Assembly: GCA_963733195.1 (NCBI GenBank)
Contig: CAVTCR010000049.1
Coordinates: 1 to 16,111, forward strand
Length of the DNA stretch: 16,111 bases
Reading direction: 5' to 3'
Source of the DNA: an uncultured delta proteobacterium
GTDB taxonomy: Bacteria > Desulfobacterota > Binatia > Bin18
Shown here: one piece after another, positions 7,400 through 15,055 of the stretch
How positions within the stretch are numbered: the first letter of the stretch is position 1
How the letters are laid out: every line of letters begins with the position of its first letter
Made by a program: the position numbers and the translations under genes
Notes under the pieces: model-generated
Told to the model about the DNA's origin: nothing
What the model saw: the letters and a program-made list of their open reading frames with translations, nothing else
Database searches by the model: none

Positions 7400-9493
7400 T
7401 TATGGTGAGGAGGCTTCCGTTTCCTGGCTGAAAACAGACTGCGTCAGCAGGTGTTCAGCGCTCTCGATTGCCTCGGTTGTCCCAGCGACTGCAAGGAGAT
7501 CCCCAGCTTGAAGTGTCTCTCGACCCGTTGGTATGAGCACTCCGTCGTGCTCGCGAATGATAGCTAGAACGGTGGCTCCGGAGAGACCGCGCAGATTGAG
7601 CTCGGCGAGAGTCTTGTTGACCGCGTTTGTACCTGTACGAATCCGGATCGGTTGGGGAGCGCCGAGACCAGGCAAGAGACGGTGGAGTTGCTCCAGGTCG
7701 GGGTTCGCAGTACCGGCTTCTACGGACGTGCTCCCGAGCTGCCGCGCCAACACCTCGACGATGGCCTGTGCGCCAGCTCGTGCGTGCTCTTGCAGGTTCG
7801 TTGCACTGCGCCAGAGAGCGACTGCAAGTAGCAGGATGATGACTGCCATCACAATCGGTCCAGGAAATGGTGGAAGAAATGGTTGCGTGAGCGCAACCAG
7901 TGGAACACCGATGAACAGGAGAAGGGCAATCTCCAGTGTGATGACGAGTGCACGCCGGGGCGCGTCGGCCAAATCTGTTCTGGCTTCTGTCTCTGGCAGT
8001 GAGACGGTACCGAGAGTATGAGCGAGCGCAGACGTACAACGTAGGATACCGATGCAGAACGGGACGGCAAGCGTAGCTGCGGCGAGGATCACGACAAGCC
8101 AGGTAAACCGGTCGGGCAAAGATATCTTCGCAGTGACAAATGTTGCCACTCTAGAACCCCACACTGCGGTGGCGATGATGATTGTGGCCAGCAGTGCGGC
8201 ATCAATCAGCAGCAAACGGGCGAGCTGACGAATCCGGCGACCGACCGTAGGCTCGCTTGGTTGCGTGCGCAGTTGCTCGACCCACGTTCCGTAGAGCGCC
8301 ACAAACGTCTGGACGGGTTTTGGCAGGCGCCGATCAAGGTAGGTGGCAATCGGATCAGAGGCGCGGATCAGCCACGGGGTAAGCAGTGTTGTGGCGGCGG
8401 AGACGGTTATCGCAATCGGGTAGAGAAATGGGCCAGTGGCGCCCGACGAAAGACCGACCGCGGCGATAATGAACGAGAACTCTCCGATCTGAGCGAGGCT
8501 CATGCCGGCCTGGATAGAAGTACGAATGCCCTCACCAGTGAGAAAAACGCTGGTCGCGACCCCAACAAGCTTACCGACAACGACGAGGGCGATGAGGATG
8601 AGGACCACGGCCCAATGGTCGGCTACCAGAGCCGGGTTAATGAGCATACCGACAGAAACGAAGAAGATCGCTGCGAACATGTCTCGGACGGGCTGGACGA
8701 GATGTTCGATTATCTTCGCTTCACCGGATTCTGCAACCAGAGCGCCAGCGAGGAAGGCTCCAAGTGCTACCGAGTACCCGACGGCGTTGGCAATGAGTGC
8801 GAAGGCGAAGCACAGACCGACACTCGTGACGACGATAGTTTCTGGTCGGTCGAGCCGAACAATCGCGCGTGTAAGACGGGGAATGATGAGCAGGCCGCCA
8901 CCAACGACCAATGCGAGAAATGCAGCGAGCTTGCCGGTTGTGGCAGCAAGACTCCCTGCGGTCAGACTCGCACCGCTCGAGATGGTAGTGAAGATGGCGA
9001 GAAGAAGAATGGCGATAAGGTCCTCGACGATGAGGATGCCGAAGACGATCTCGGTGAGTTTACCTCTTACATTCTGCTCGGCAAACGCTTTGACGAGGAT
9101 GGTTGTGCTAGAGATGGCGATGAGGGCACCTGTGTACAGGCTCTCAAGGACTGTCCAACCAAACAACTGTCCGGTGAGGTACCCGAACCAAATCATCAGG
9201 CTGCATTCGATCACCGCGACCAGACCGGCCGTTGGTCCGACACGGAGGAGTTTCGCTAGACTGAACTCCAGGCCAAGCGAGAACATCAGTAGGATGACAC
9301 CGAGTTCGGAGAGTGCGTGAATTGTTTCTTCGTCAGCGAAAAGAGGGAAGGATGTGTGCGGGCTCACGATCGCCCCAGCGAGTAGGTAGCCGAGCACCAC
9401 CGGCTGATGCAGTCGCTGAAACAACGCCGTCGTTACCGCCGCTGCGCAGAGAACTAGCGCGAGGTTAATGAGGAAATGATGAGCTTCATGCAT
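7400..9493 (-). CDS. CPA2-family cation:proton antiporter (Kef/YbaL-like) with C-terminal RCK_C (TrkA-C) domain
   Basis: Motifs LGYLLAG, SELGVILLMFSLGLEFS, AISSTTI, GILIVEDL, ALGAFLAG, RDMFAAIFFVSVG and SLAQIGEFSFIIA. C-terminal KTLAELNLRGLSGATVLAIIR...IPTGRETLQAGDLLAVAG. Confidence 0.93.
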   Translation of the reverse strand: MHEAHHFLINLALVLCAAAVTTALFQRLHQPVVLGYLLAGAIVSPHTSFPLFADEETIHALSELGVILLMFSLGLEFSLAKLLRVGPTAGLVAVIECSLMIWFGYLTGQLFGWTVLESLYTGALIAISSTTILVKAFAEQNVRGKLTEIVFGILIVEDLIAILLLAIFTTISSGASLTAGSLAATTGKLAAFLALVVGGGLLIIPRLTRAIVRLDRPETIVVTSVGLCFAFALIANAVGYSVALGAFLAGALVAESGEAKIIEHLVQPVRDMFAAIFFVSVGMLINPALVADHWAVVLILIALVVVGKLVGVATSVFLTGEGIRTSIQAGMSLAQIGEFSFIIAAVGLSSGATGPFLYPIAITVSAATTLLTPWLIRASDPIATYLDRRLPKPVQTFVALYGTWVEQLRTQPSEPTVGRRIRQLARLLLIDAALLATIIIATAVWGSRVATFVTAKISLPDRFTWLVVILAAATLAVPFCIGILRCTSALAHTLGTVSLPETEARTDLADAPRRALVITLEIALLLFIGVPLVALTQPFLPPFPGPIVMAVIILLLAVALWRSATNLQEHARAGAQAIVEVLARQLGSTSVEAGTANPDLEQLHRLLPGLGAPQPIRIRTGTNAVNKTLAELNLRGLSGATVLAIIREHDGVLIPTGRETLQAGDLLAVAGTTEAIESAEHLLTQSVFSQETEASSP

Positions 9494-9821
9494 GCGCCCT
9501 TAGAGATAGCATGGGTGAATGACGGCACCAGGGGGCGCGACAGATTTGCGCACGACAGAAAATCGGGACACAGCCGATAGGTTTGACGATCTCCTGTATT
9601 GATCCAGACAACATCACAGATTCTCTCCGCGGCCAAAACGAGTCCTGCCGTTTTTCCGCACTGCAACAGGGCGGTGGTCACGTGCACGGCGCTGGTACTC
9701 ATCCAGGCCTCTTCAGCTACGACCGGCAGCCGCAATCAAGTCAGCCGCCGACCGTTTGACTACGACGACTCACTGTTTGTTTCTCTGAGTGTCTCCCTCC
9801 GCACGGTGCATCCGTCTGCCA

Positions 9822-9843
9822 GCTTGACACCGGAGTGTTAGGC
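9822..9843 (-). other. attC left half-site (R'' GCCTAAC overlapping the toxin stop codon); the rest is apparently lost
   Basis: Minus strand reads GCC-TAA-C ACTCC GGTGTCAAGC. The TAA stop lies inside RYYYAAC, as is typical of cassette ends. No GTTRRR R' box was found in the next ~240 bp. Confidence 0.5.
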
Positions 9844-10158
9844 GGCAACCTGTACTACTTGGCCAGGTTGAATCGTTGCCAGTACTCGTAACACCTCGGA
9901 CATCTTGAGCCGTAGGTCTTTGATGTCATTGCTTGGTGCCTTGATGATGACTAAAGCCAGGGAAAGGCCCTCGATATTCTGTTGGTACGGGATTCCTTGG
10001 TCTACGGTCAGCAGCACATCGAACTCCGAGGCCGCTCGGCGCAGCAGCGCCCCATTCTTCGTACCTGCCCACTTCATCTCGGCTACGGTCTTCACGTCAT
10101 GGCCGGGCAACTCGCTTCGCAGCTTCCGTGGGACACACTCATCAAGCAGCACGCGCAT
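9838..10158 (-). CDS. PIN-domain toxin, DUF5615 / VapC45-like
   Basis: MRVLLDECVP...HDVKTV...W.G.KNG.LL...FDVLLTVDQGIPYQQN. Overlaps the upstream DUF433 gene. The start may be 10164 or 10158. Confidence 0.87.
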   Translation of the reverse strand: MRVLLDECVPRKLRSELPGHDVKTVAEMKWAGTKNGALLRRAASEFDVLLTVDQGIPYQQNIEGLSLALVIIKAPSNDIKDLRLKMSEVLRVLATIQPGQVVQVAA

Positions 10159-10369
10159 GGGCACCTACCAGCAACTGTATCCCCTGCTCCAAGACTGCCA
10201 CTGCCTGCGGGCGGGTTACCGTGGGAAAATCGTCAATAAAGTCATCGAGGGTATGCCCCCCAGCGAGGTAATCCAGCAGCGCTTTGACAGGAACACGCGT
10301 CCCAACAAAGACTGGCGTCCCACCCAGGATGTCTGGATCGCGGTGCACAACGACGCCTTGATCTTTCAT
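10142..10369 (-). CDS. DUF433-family antitoxin (VapB45-like)
   Basis: DPDILGGTPVFVGTRVPV..LLDYL..G.TLDDFIDDFP. Start moved to the ATG at 10369, which follows a GAGAGG RBS. Confidence 0.92.
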   Translation of the reverse strand: MKDQGVVVHRDPDILGGTPVFVGTRVPVKALLDYLAGGHTLDDFIDDFPTVTRPQAVAVLEQGIQLLVGAHARAA

Positions 10370-10388
10370 AGGGTTTCCTCTCTCGTGC

Positions 10389-10397
10389 AGTGTAACA
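10389..10397 (-). promoter_or_regulatory. Cassette-internal extended -10 promoter (TGtTACACT) for the DUF433/PIN operon
   Basis: TG-n-TACACT about 20 nt upstream of the DUF433 ATG, embedded in the palindrome GTGTTACAC. Confidence 0.45.
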
Positions 10398-10412
10398 CCG
10401 AAACCCACGCAC

Positions 10413-10496
10413 CCCTAACGCCGAAGCTTACCACGAGCCGCCAAGATGCACCCCTTTAGTTTCTCCCAAACCGCAAACGGGCGTGCCGTGTTAGGC
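10413..10496 (-). other. Integron attC recombination site (L'' box apparently deleted)
   Basis: Minus strand: R'' GCCTAAC (10496-10490), spacer ACGGC, ACGCCCG ... CGGCTCGT, L'-like GGTAAGC, spacer TTCGGC, R' GTTAGGG (10419-10413). It begins 4 nt after the hicB stop. Confidence 0.68.
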
Positions 10497-10500
10497 CGTG

Positions 10501-10946
10501 CTACTCTGCTCCTTCCTGTTTAGCACTCTCCACGGAACTCGGCGACAAGACAAAGTCTTTCCCTCCAGATACTGCCTGTAGGAGTTTGTCGAGTTTCTCT
10601 ACCGTCGGCATCGAGCTTCCTTGTTCATATCGAGCGTAGGCATTGCGTGACTTCGCTCCTAATCGTTCAGCAGCGGCTGCAAGAGATAGACCGCTTAACT
10701 GGCGTTGTCTCTGTAAAAGGAGACACATCATTGCCTTGGTATCTGAGGCACTGATCTCGAAATTGCCCTTCTTCCCTTCGTAGACTGTCACGGAAAATCC
10801 CGGGCGGTCGATCATCGTGGCAAACCAATCGGCGATCATTGCTAAGGCGTCCTTGCGAGTGTGCCCTTGGGTCATTGCCGCGAAAACAGGGAACTTCCAC
10901 CAACCAAAACTTGCCATCCTTATAGAGCTTGCCTTGAAAATCGCAT
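10501..10946 (-). pseudogene. hicB: HicB-family antitoxin with C-terminal XRE HTH; two +1 frameshifts
   Basis: Removing one base each from the runs at 10937-10940 and 10889-10891 restores a 147-aa ORF: MRFQGKLYKDGKFWLVEVPVFAAMTQGHTRKDALAMIADW...RQLSGLSLAAAAERLGAKSRNAYARYEQG..MPTVEKL. Confidence 0.8.
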
Positions 10947-10949
10947 ACG

Positions 10950-11045
10950 TCAGTCTCTTCTACTAGTCCGGCGTAAAATCGCTCGTGCCAGCTTTTCGTT
11001 AATTTCGATATGGCGTGGAATCGGTTCCTGCCGCTCATCAATAGC
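10950..11045 (-). pseudogene. hicA: 3' remnant of a HicA mRNA-interferase toxin
   Basis: Unlisted frame AIDERQEPIPRHIEINEKLARAILRRTSRRD*, matching the HicA C-terminal (I)PRH.EI...LA..IL.. motif. It ends 3 nt before the hicB ATG and has no ATG/GTG/TTG start before an upstream in-frame TAA. Confidence 0.75.
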
Positions 11046-11113
11046 TATTTTTTCGTCTGCCCTAGGCGGTCGAACTAACGACGCGTCACGAAAGTCTTAT
11101 CTTGTGGTCTGTT

Positions 11114-14100
11114 TTATTTGCTCACGACCTGCACTCGGAAGTCGACGGCATCGTCCCGATTATCTAATTGTAGTTGAAAGGTAGCAGTCCGTCCGGGCTC
11201 AATCGGTTGTGGCGACGGTAGGGTCAGACGACGCGAGATTTCCTGGCCTTGACCATTAACCACTGTAACCCAGACAATCACGTTGTCCGTCGCCCGCTCC
11301 TGGTCTGAGTTCCGTAGTTTTCCGCTCACAATCACCGTTTTCTTGTCTGCACTCACGGTGTTGGTGAGACCGGAAATCTCAAGTTGCGGCGACCAAATCG
11401 TTGGGCGATCGCCTTCATCCTTACGGACATCAACCATCCATTGATGAGAAACACGCGCGCCAGAGGAGGTTATCGCAGTCACTTCGACCTCATGGTTGCC
11501 GACGGGTTGATCTTTTAACTCGAAAAGCGTCTCGCCGCGGACCGCCCGGCCATCGACTTTCCATTCGTAGGTTAACGCAGGCTCAGTTTCCCCCGGTACT
11601 TCAACCTCAATGCTAAAGAACCGCGAGAGATGGGGGTAGGTCACGTAACGCTTTTGATGGGGCGTAAACATCACCACACGAGGCACTGACGGCGCAGTAC
11701 CAACCTCGACATCCCAGCGCGCACTTTCCTTCAGTCCTCGTGCATCTGTCACTCGTAGTTCTATACGACGATCACCTTTTTCGTTGGCTGCGAATGAGAA
11801 CTTTGCTCCTTGCGCCACTTTCTTGCCGTTGACGAACCACTCGTAGGTCAAATCGTCGCCATCCGGATCGATGGCGGCCCCCTCGAACGCTAGAGTCTGG
11901 CCCGTTGAGGTCTTGAGTACGTCCGCGTCTGGGGTTCGTGTCGTAATTTGCGGTGGTGCGTTGTTAGCTCCAGGAGGTGTCACTGGTGGTGTGTCAGTAG
12001 AGGGTAGCGAGGGAACAACAGCAACTTGCCATTCTCGCATCGCACTTAATCCTGCGCGGTCGTTTACGAGTGCACGAACTACATGACTCCCTGCCCCCTT
12101 GGCCTTCCATGTCAGTGTTGGCTGAGCCGTCGACGACCCACGTGCTACGCGTTTCCCGTCAACGGTCCATTCGTAGGTCAGTTGATCTCCGTCCGGATCG
12201 GTCACGGTTGTTGAAAACGAAAGACTCTGGCCTTCTTGAGTCGTAATCAGGGCTTCGTCTGGCGCATACTTTGTAATCTGCGGCGGGTTATTGGTCGTAA
12301 CCGCTTGCTCAGTAGGAATCGGCAGTGGAGGCGGTGCGACAACCTTGACCTGCCAGTCTTTGCTCACTGTCAACCCAGCGGGGTCAGTAACAACTGCACG
12401 AACTCGATAGCTTCCCGGTTCTTCTGCATTCCAATTCAACGTCGCCTTTGTCCCAGCCGCCTCTCCGTTGACAGTCCAGGCATAGTTCAAGGGTTCATTG
12501 TCGGGGTCGGTAACATCAATGCGGAATGGTTGAGTTGTTCCGCCCGTCACTTCGATAGTCCCCTTCTTAGGCGCAAATGCTTGCAGTTGTGGTGGCTTAC
12601 TGATGTACGTCACCGTAACTTGCCAGTGGCGCTCGACCGCCTGCCCCTGTCGGTCGGTAATTTGAACCCGCACGTCTTTTGGTGTTTCGCTGCGGTCACC
12701 CACCACGGGGCTATATGTCCAGTCCCCGGTCTGAGAGACGGCTTGCCCATCTAAAGTCCACGTGTACTGCAACGGGGTCGTACCTTCCGCTTGTGCCATA
12801 AACGCGACGTTCTCACCTTCAAGAACACGGACAGCAGGGGTTTGGGGTTCAACGCGGCTAATCACTGGAGCAGGGATGCTTTGCCGTGGTGGCTGCGTGG
12901 ACGTGAACATTGGCTTCAGAAAAAACATGAGTCCACCAAGTGCAGCGCCGAGTAATAGCAACAACGGCAGGGCTCGGCGACGCGGCGTCGTGGGCGCAGC
13001 AACATCATTACTTCTCATGGAGACTTTTGCTGATGAACTCGGTTCACCGATCGACCAGCGATCAGTATTCACTTCTGCAAGTATTTCCGGTGGGGCAACT
13101 CCCATCGTCACTTCGGCATCTGTAGCAGAGGATTTCTTCTCCTCAACTTTTCTTGTTGTAGCCGGTGGCGGTGCTTGTTCTACCTTGTCAGTTTTCAGGA
13201 CAACAGGCTTCGTAGTAACAGGAGTTGCCTGGGCAGTCTTTGTTCCCTCGCGCGGTAGATTCTGGAAAACCGTCTTCTCATCTGCTTGCACCGTTGGTGT
13301 AGGAGCAACAACAGGGGCAGCCTTCGAAAGCTCTGGAACTGGAGTTGTTTGCGGCGAAGCACCAATGACGGGAACAGACTCTCGGAGTGCCGCCTGACAG
13401 GCTTCAAGATCACGAAGAAAATCAGAGATCCGCTGGTATCGATGTTGACGTGACTTGGCAATGGCTTTTGTCACTAGGGCGGTAAAAGCGGCGGGCGTTG
13501 TGTCAGGAAAGTTGGGAATATTTTCTTGTGGGTCATACAATACTTTGCCAACGATCGCCGTCTCGGTCATTCCAGCAAAGAAGCGGTCACCCGTGTACGC
13601 CTCGTACATAACCATGCCCAAAGCGTAGATGTCGGTCCCACCATCAAGCTGTTCGTGGCGCATTTGCTCTGGGGCGCAGTACTGCATGGTGCCCATGATC
13701 GCACCGGTCCGCGTCACTTCACTATCATCGATGAGTTCCTTAGCGATGCCAAAATCCATCACCACTACTCGTTTGGAGGTACTCTCGATCATGATGTTCG
13801 AGGGTTTGATATCGCGGTGGATGACCGGCGGCGTCTGCGCATGGGCATAGGCTAAGGCACTTGCGACTTGATGAGCAATCGACAAAACCTCACTCGGAGG
13901 AAGTCCACGATGATCGCGCAGATACTGACGCAGGGTTTGCCCTTCGATGTACTCCATGACGAAGTAATAGAAGTTGAGCGTCTCGTCCCGGTCGATATCA
14001 AGCACTTGGGCGATATTGGGGTGTTTGAGTCGCGCCATCACTCGCGCTTCGCGGTAGAAGCGGGTAACCATGTTACCACCCTCAAGAAAGCTCGGTTGGA

Positions 14101-14272
14101 GGACTTTGAGGGCAAGAATCGTATCGAGGTGCGTGTGGCGGACTTTGTAGACGGTTCCCATCCCACCCTGACCGAGTTGGCTCAGCACCTCATACTTGTT
14201 AGAGATCTCGCGTGGCCCGACCCCAGACTGGGAGCGAACTATGCTCGTATTGTCGTCTACTGGTGTGCTCAT
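11114..14272 (-). CDS. Transmembrane Hanks-type Ser/Thr protein kinase with five Ig/PKD-like repeats and a C-terminal FxLYD-like Ig domain
   Basis: Kinase motifs LGQGGMGTVY, ALKVL, HRDIKPSN, DFGIAK, GTMQYCAPE and DIYALG. Then a Pro/Thr-rich linker, a TM helix (LPLLLLLGAALGGLMFFL, ~12917-12970) and repeated PP.I....P / L.Y.W.V[DN]G / W.V.V units. Confidence 0.92.
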   Translation of the reverse strand: MSTPVDDNTSIVRSQSGVGPREISNKYEVLSQLGQGGMGTVYKVRHTHLDTILALKVLQPSFLEGGNMVTRFYREARVMARLKHPNIAQVLDIDRDETLNFYYFVMEYIEGQTLRQYLRDHRGLPPSEVLSIAHQVASALAYAHAQTPPVIHRDIKPSNIMIESTSKRVVVMDFGIAKELIDDSEVTRTGAIMGTMQYCAPEQMRHEQLDGGTDIYALGMVMYEAYTGDRFFAGMTETAIVGKVLYDPQENIPNFPDTTPAAFTALVTKAIAKSRQHRYQRISDFLRDLEACQAALRESVPVIGASPQTTPVPELSKAAPVVAPTPTVQADEKTVFQNLPREGTKTAQATPVTTKPVVLKTDKVEQAPPPATTRKVEEKKSSATDAEVTMGVAPPEILAEVNTDRWSIGEPSSSAKVSMRSNDVAAPTTPRRRALPLLLLLGAALGGLMFFLKPMFTSTQPPRQSIPAPVISRVEPQTPAVRVLEGENVAFMAQAEGTTPLQYTWTLDGQAVSQTGDWTYSPVVGDRSETPKDVRVQITDRQGQAVERHWQVTVTYISKPPQLQAFAPKKGTIEVTGGTTQPFRIDVTDPDNEPLNYAWTVNGEAAGTKATLNWNAEEPGSYRVRAVVTDPAGLTVSKDWQVKVVAPPPLPIPTEQAVTTNNPPQITKYAPDEALITTQEGQSLSFSTTVTDPDGDQLTYEWTVDGKRVARGSSTAQPTLTWKAKGAGSHVVRALVNDRAGLSAMREWQVAVVPSLPSTDTPPVTPPGANNAPPQITTRTPDADVLKTSTGQTLAFEGAAIDPDGDDLTYEWFVNGKKVAQGAKFSFAANEKGDRRIELRVTDARGLKESARWDVEVGTAPSVPRVVMFTPHQKRYVTYPHLSRFFSIEVEVPGETEPALTYEWKVDGRAVRGETLFELKDQPVGNHEVEVTAITSSGARVSHQWMVDVRKDEGDRPTIWSPQLEISGLTNTVSADKKTVIVSGKLRNSDQERATDNVIVWVTVVNGQGQEISRRLTLPSPQPIEPGRTATFQLQLDNRDDAVDFRVQVVSK

Positions 14273-14365
14273 TGTGCGTCCCCGGCGAGCGGGAAAAATC
14301 TCTCAATCCCCCACGCGTCTTCTATCTTACAATACTTTCGGTACCTCGTGCCAAGCCCTCAGAGG

Positions 14366-15052
14366 TCAACTCGTTGGAGAAAGTAAGGTTTTCGCACGCT
14401 GAAAGACGGAAGCAAACATCTCCTGTGTCAGACGACCGGTAAAGGTATTCTGTTGGCTGGGATGATAGGAGCCGATCAGGGTGACGTCACCAAGGGCGAT
14501 AATCGCACCATGACCAAACCGCGGAAGTGGAGAGGAAAGTAGAAGGCCAAGCTCACGACGGGCAGAAAGATACGATGTAAAAGCAATCTGCCCCAAAGCA
14601 ATCACCACGCGAACACAGCGCAGAAGGGTCAGTTCCTGCAAGAGGTAGGGTCGGCAAGCGACAAATTCGTCGAGCGTTGGTTTGTTGTCTGGCGGAGCAC
14701 AGTGGACAGCGGCGGTAATGTAGCAGTCTCGTAGCTGCAGACCGTCATTTTTGTGTAACGACGTCGGCTGGTTAGCGAAACCAGCATCGTAGAGGGCGCC
14801 ATAGAGCCAGTCTCCACTGCGATCGCCAGTAAAGATCCGACCAGTCCGATTACCACCGTGTGCGGCTGGGGCGAGACCAATAATTAGTACCCTTGCTTGT
14901 GGGTCACCAAAGCTGGGAATCGGCTTGCCCCAGTACTCCTGGTCGCGATAGCGTTTGACCTTCTCTTGCGCCACTCGCTCACGGTGAGCAACTAGACGCG
15001 GGCAACGAGTGCAACGAACGATCTGGCGTTGTAATGTGGCAAGAGTAGTCAA
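14366..15052 (-). CDS. udgB: Family 5 uracil-DNA glycosylase (4Fe-4S)
   Basis: CTRCPRL, GLAPAAHGGNRTGRIFTGD, HCAPPDNKP, a fourth Cys in VACRP, and YHPSQQNT. TTG start 3 nt after the pepA stop. Confidence 0.9.
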   Translation of the reverse strand: MTTLATLQRQIVRCTRCPRLVAHRERVAQEKVKRYRDQEYWGKPIPSFGDPQARVLIIGLAPAAHGGNRTGRIFTGDRSGDWLYGALYDAGFANQPTSLHKNDGLQLRDCYITAAVHCAPPDNKPTLDEFVACRPYLLQELTLLRCVRVVIALGQIAFTSYLSARRELGLLLSSPLPRFGHGAIIALGDVTLIGSYHPSQQNTFTGRLTQEMFASVFQRAKTLLSPTS

Positions 15053-15055
15053 GAG

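Larger units (their letters stand above)
9837..11045 (-). mobile_element. Degenerate integron cassette array without integrase (CALIN-like) carrying two toxin-antitoxin cassettes
   Basis: Two co-oriented TA modules, each ending at GCCTAAC, separated by an 84-bp attC-like site. No tyrosine recombinase gene occurs in the window. Confidence 0.62.

Noticed and set aside
8261-9320. Long + strand ORFs (332 aa and 272 aa)
   Set aside because: They are antisense shadows of the GC-rich, hydrophobic antiporter gene and show no recognisable motifs.
10667-11041. 124-aa ORF listed in the track
   Set aside because: Only its FQGKLYKDGKFWLVEVP segment is meaningful, as the inter-frameshift part of hicB. 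The rest is out-of-frame read-through.
11048-11074. Hairpin after the kinase gene as a terminator
   Set aside because: The stem is imperfect, and the transcript strand has an A-run rather than a U-run after it.
11073-11079. GTTAGTT (- strand) as the R' box or insertion point opening the hicAB cassette
   Set aside because: It deviates from GTTRRR, does not complement the cassette's R'' (which predicts TTAGGC), and has no upstream attC arm. Possible but unsupported.
14323-14354. TTGGCAC upstream of the kinase as a sigma-54 promoter, or TTGGCA...TAAGAT as a sigma-70 promoter
   Set aside because: There is no TTGC at the -12 position, and the sigma-70 spacing is 19 bp.
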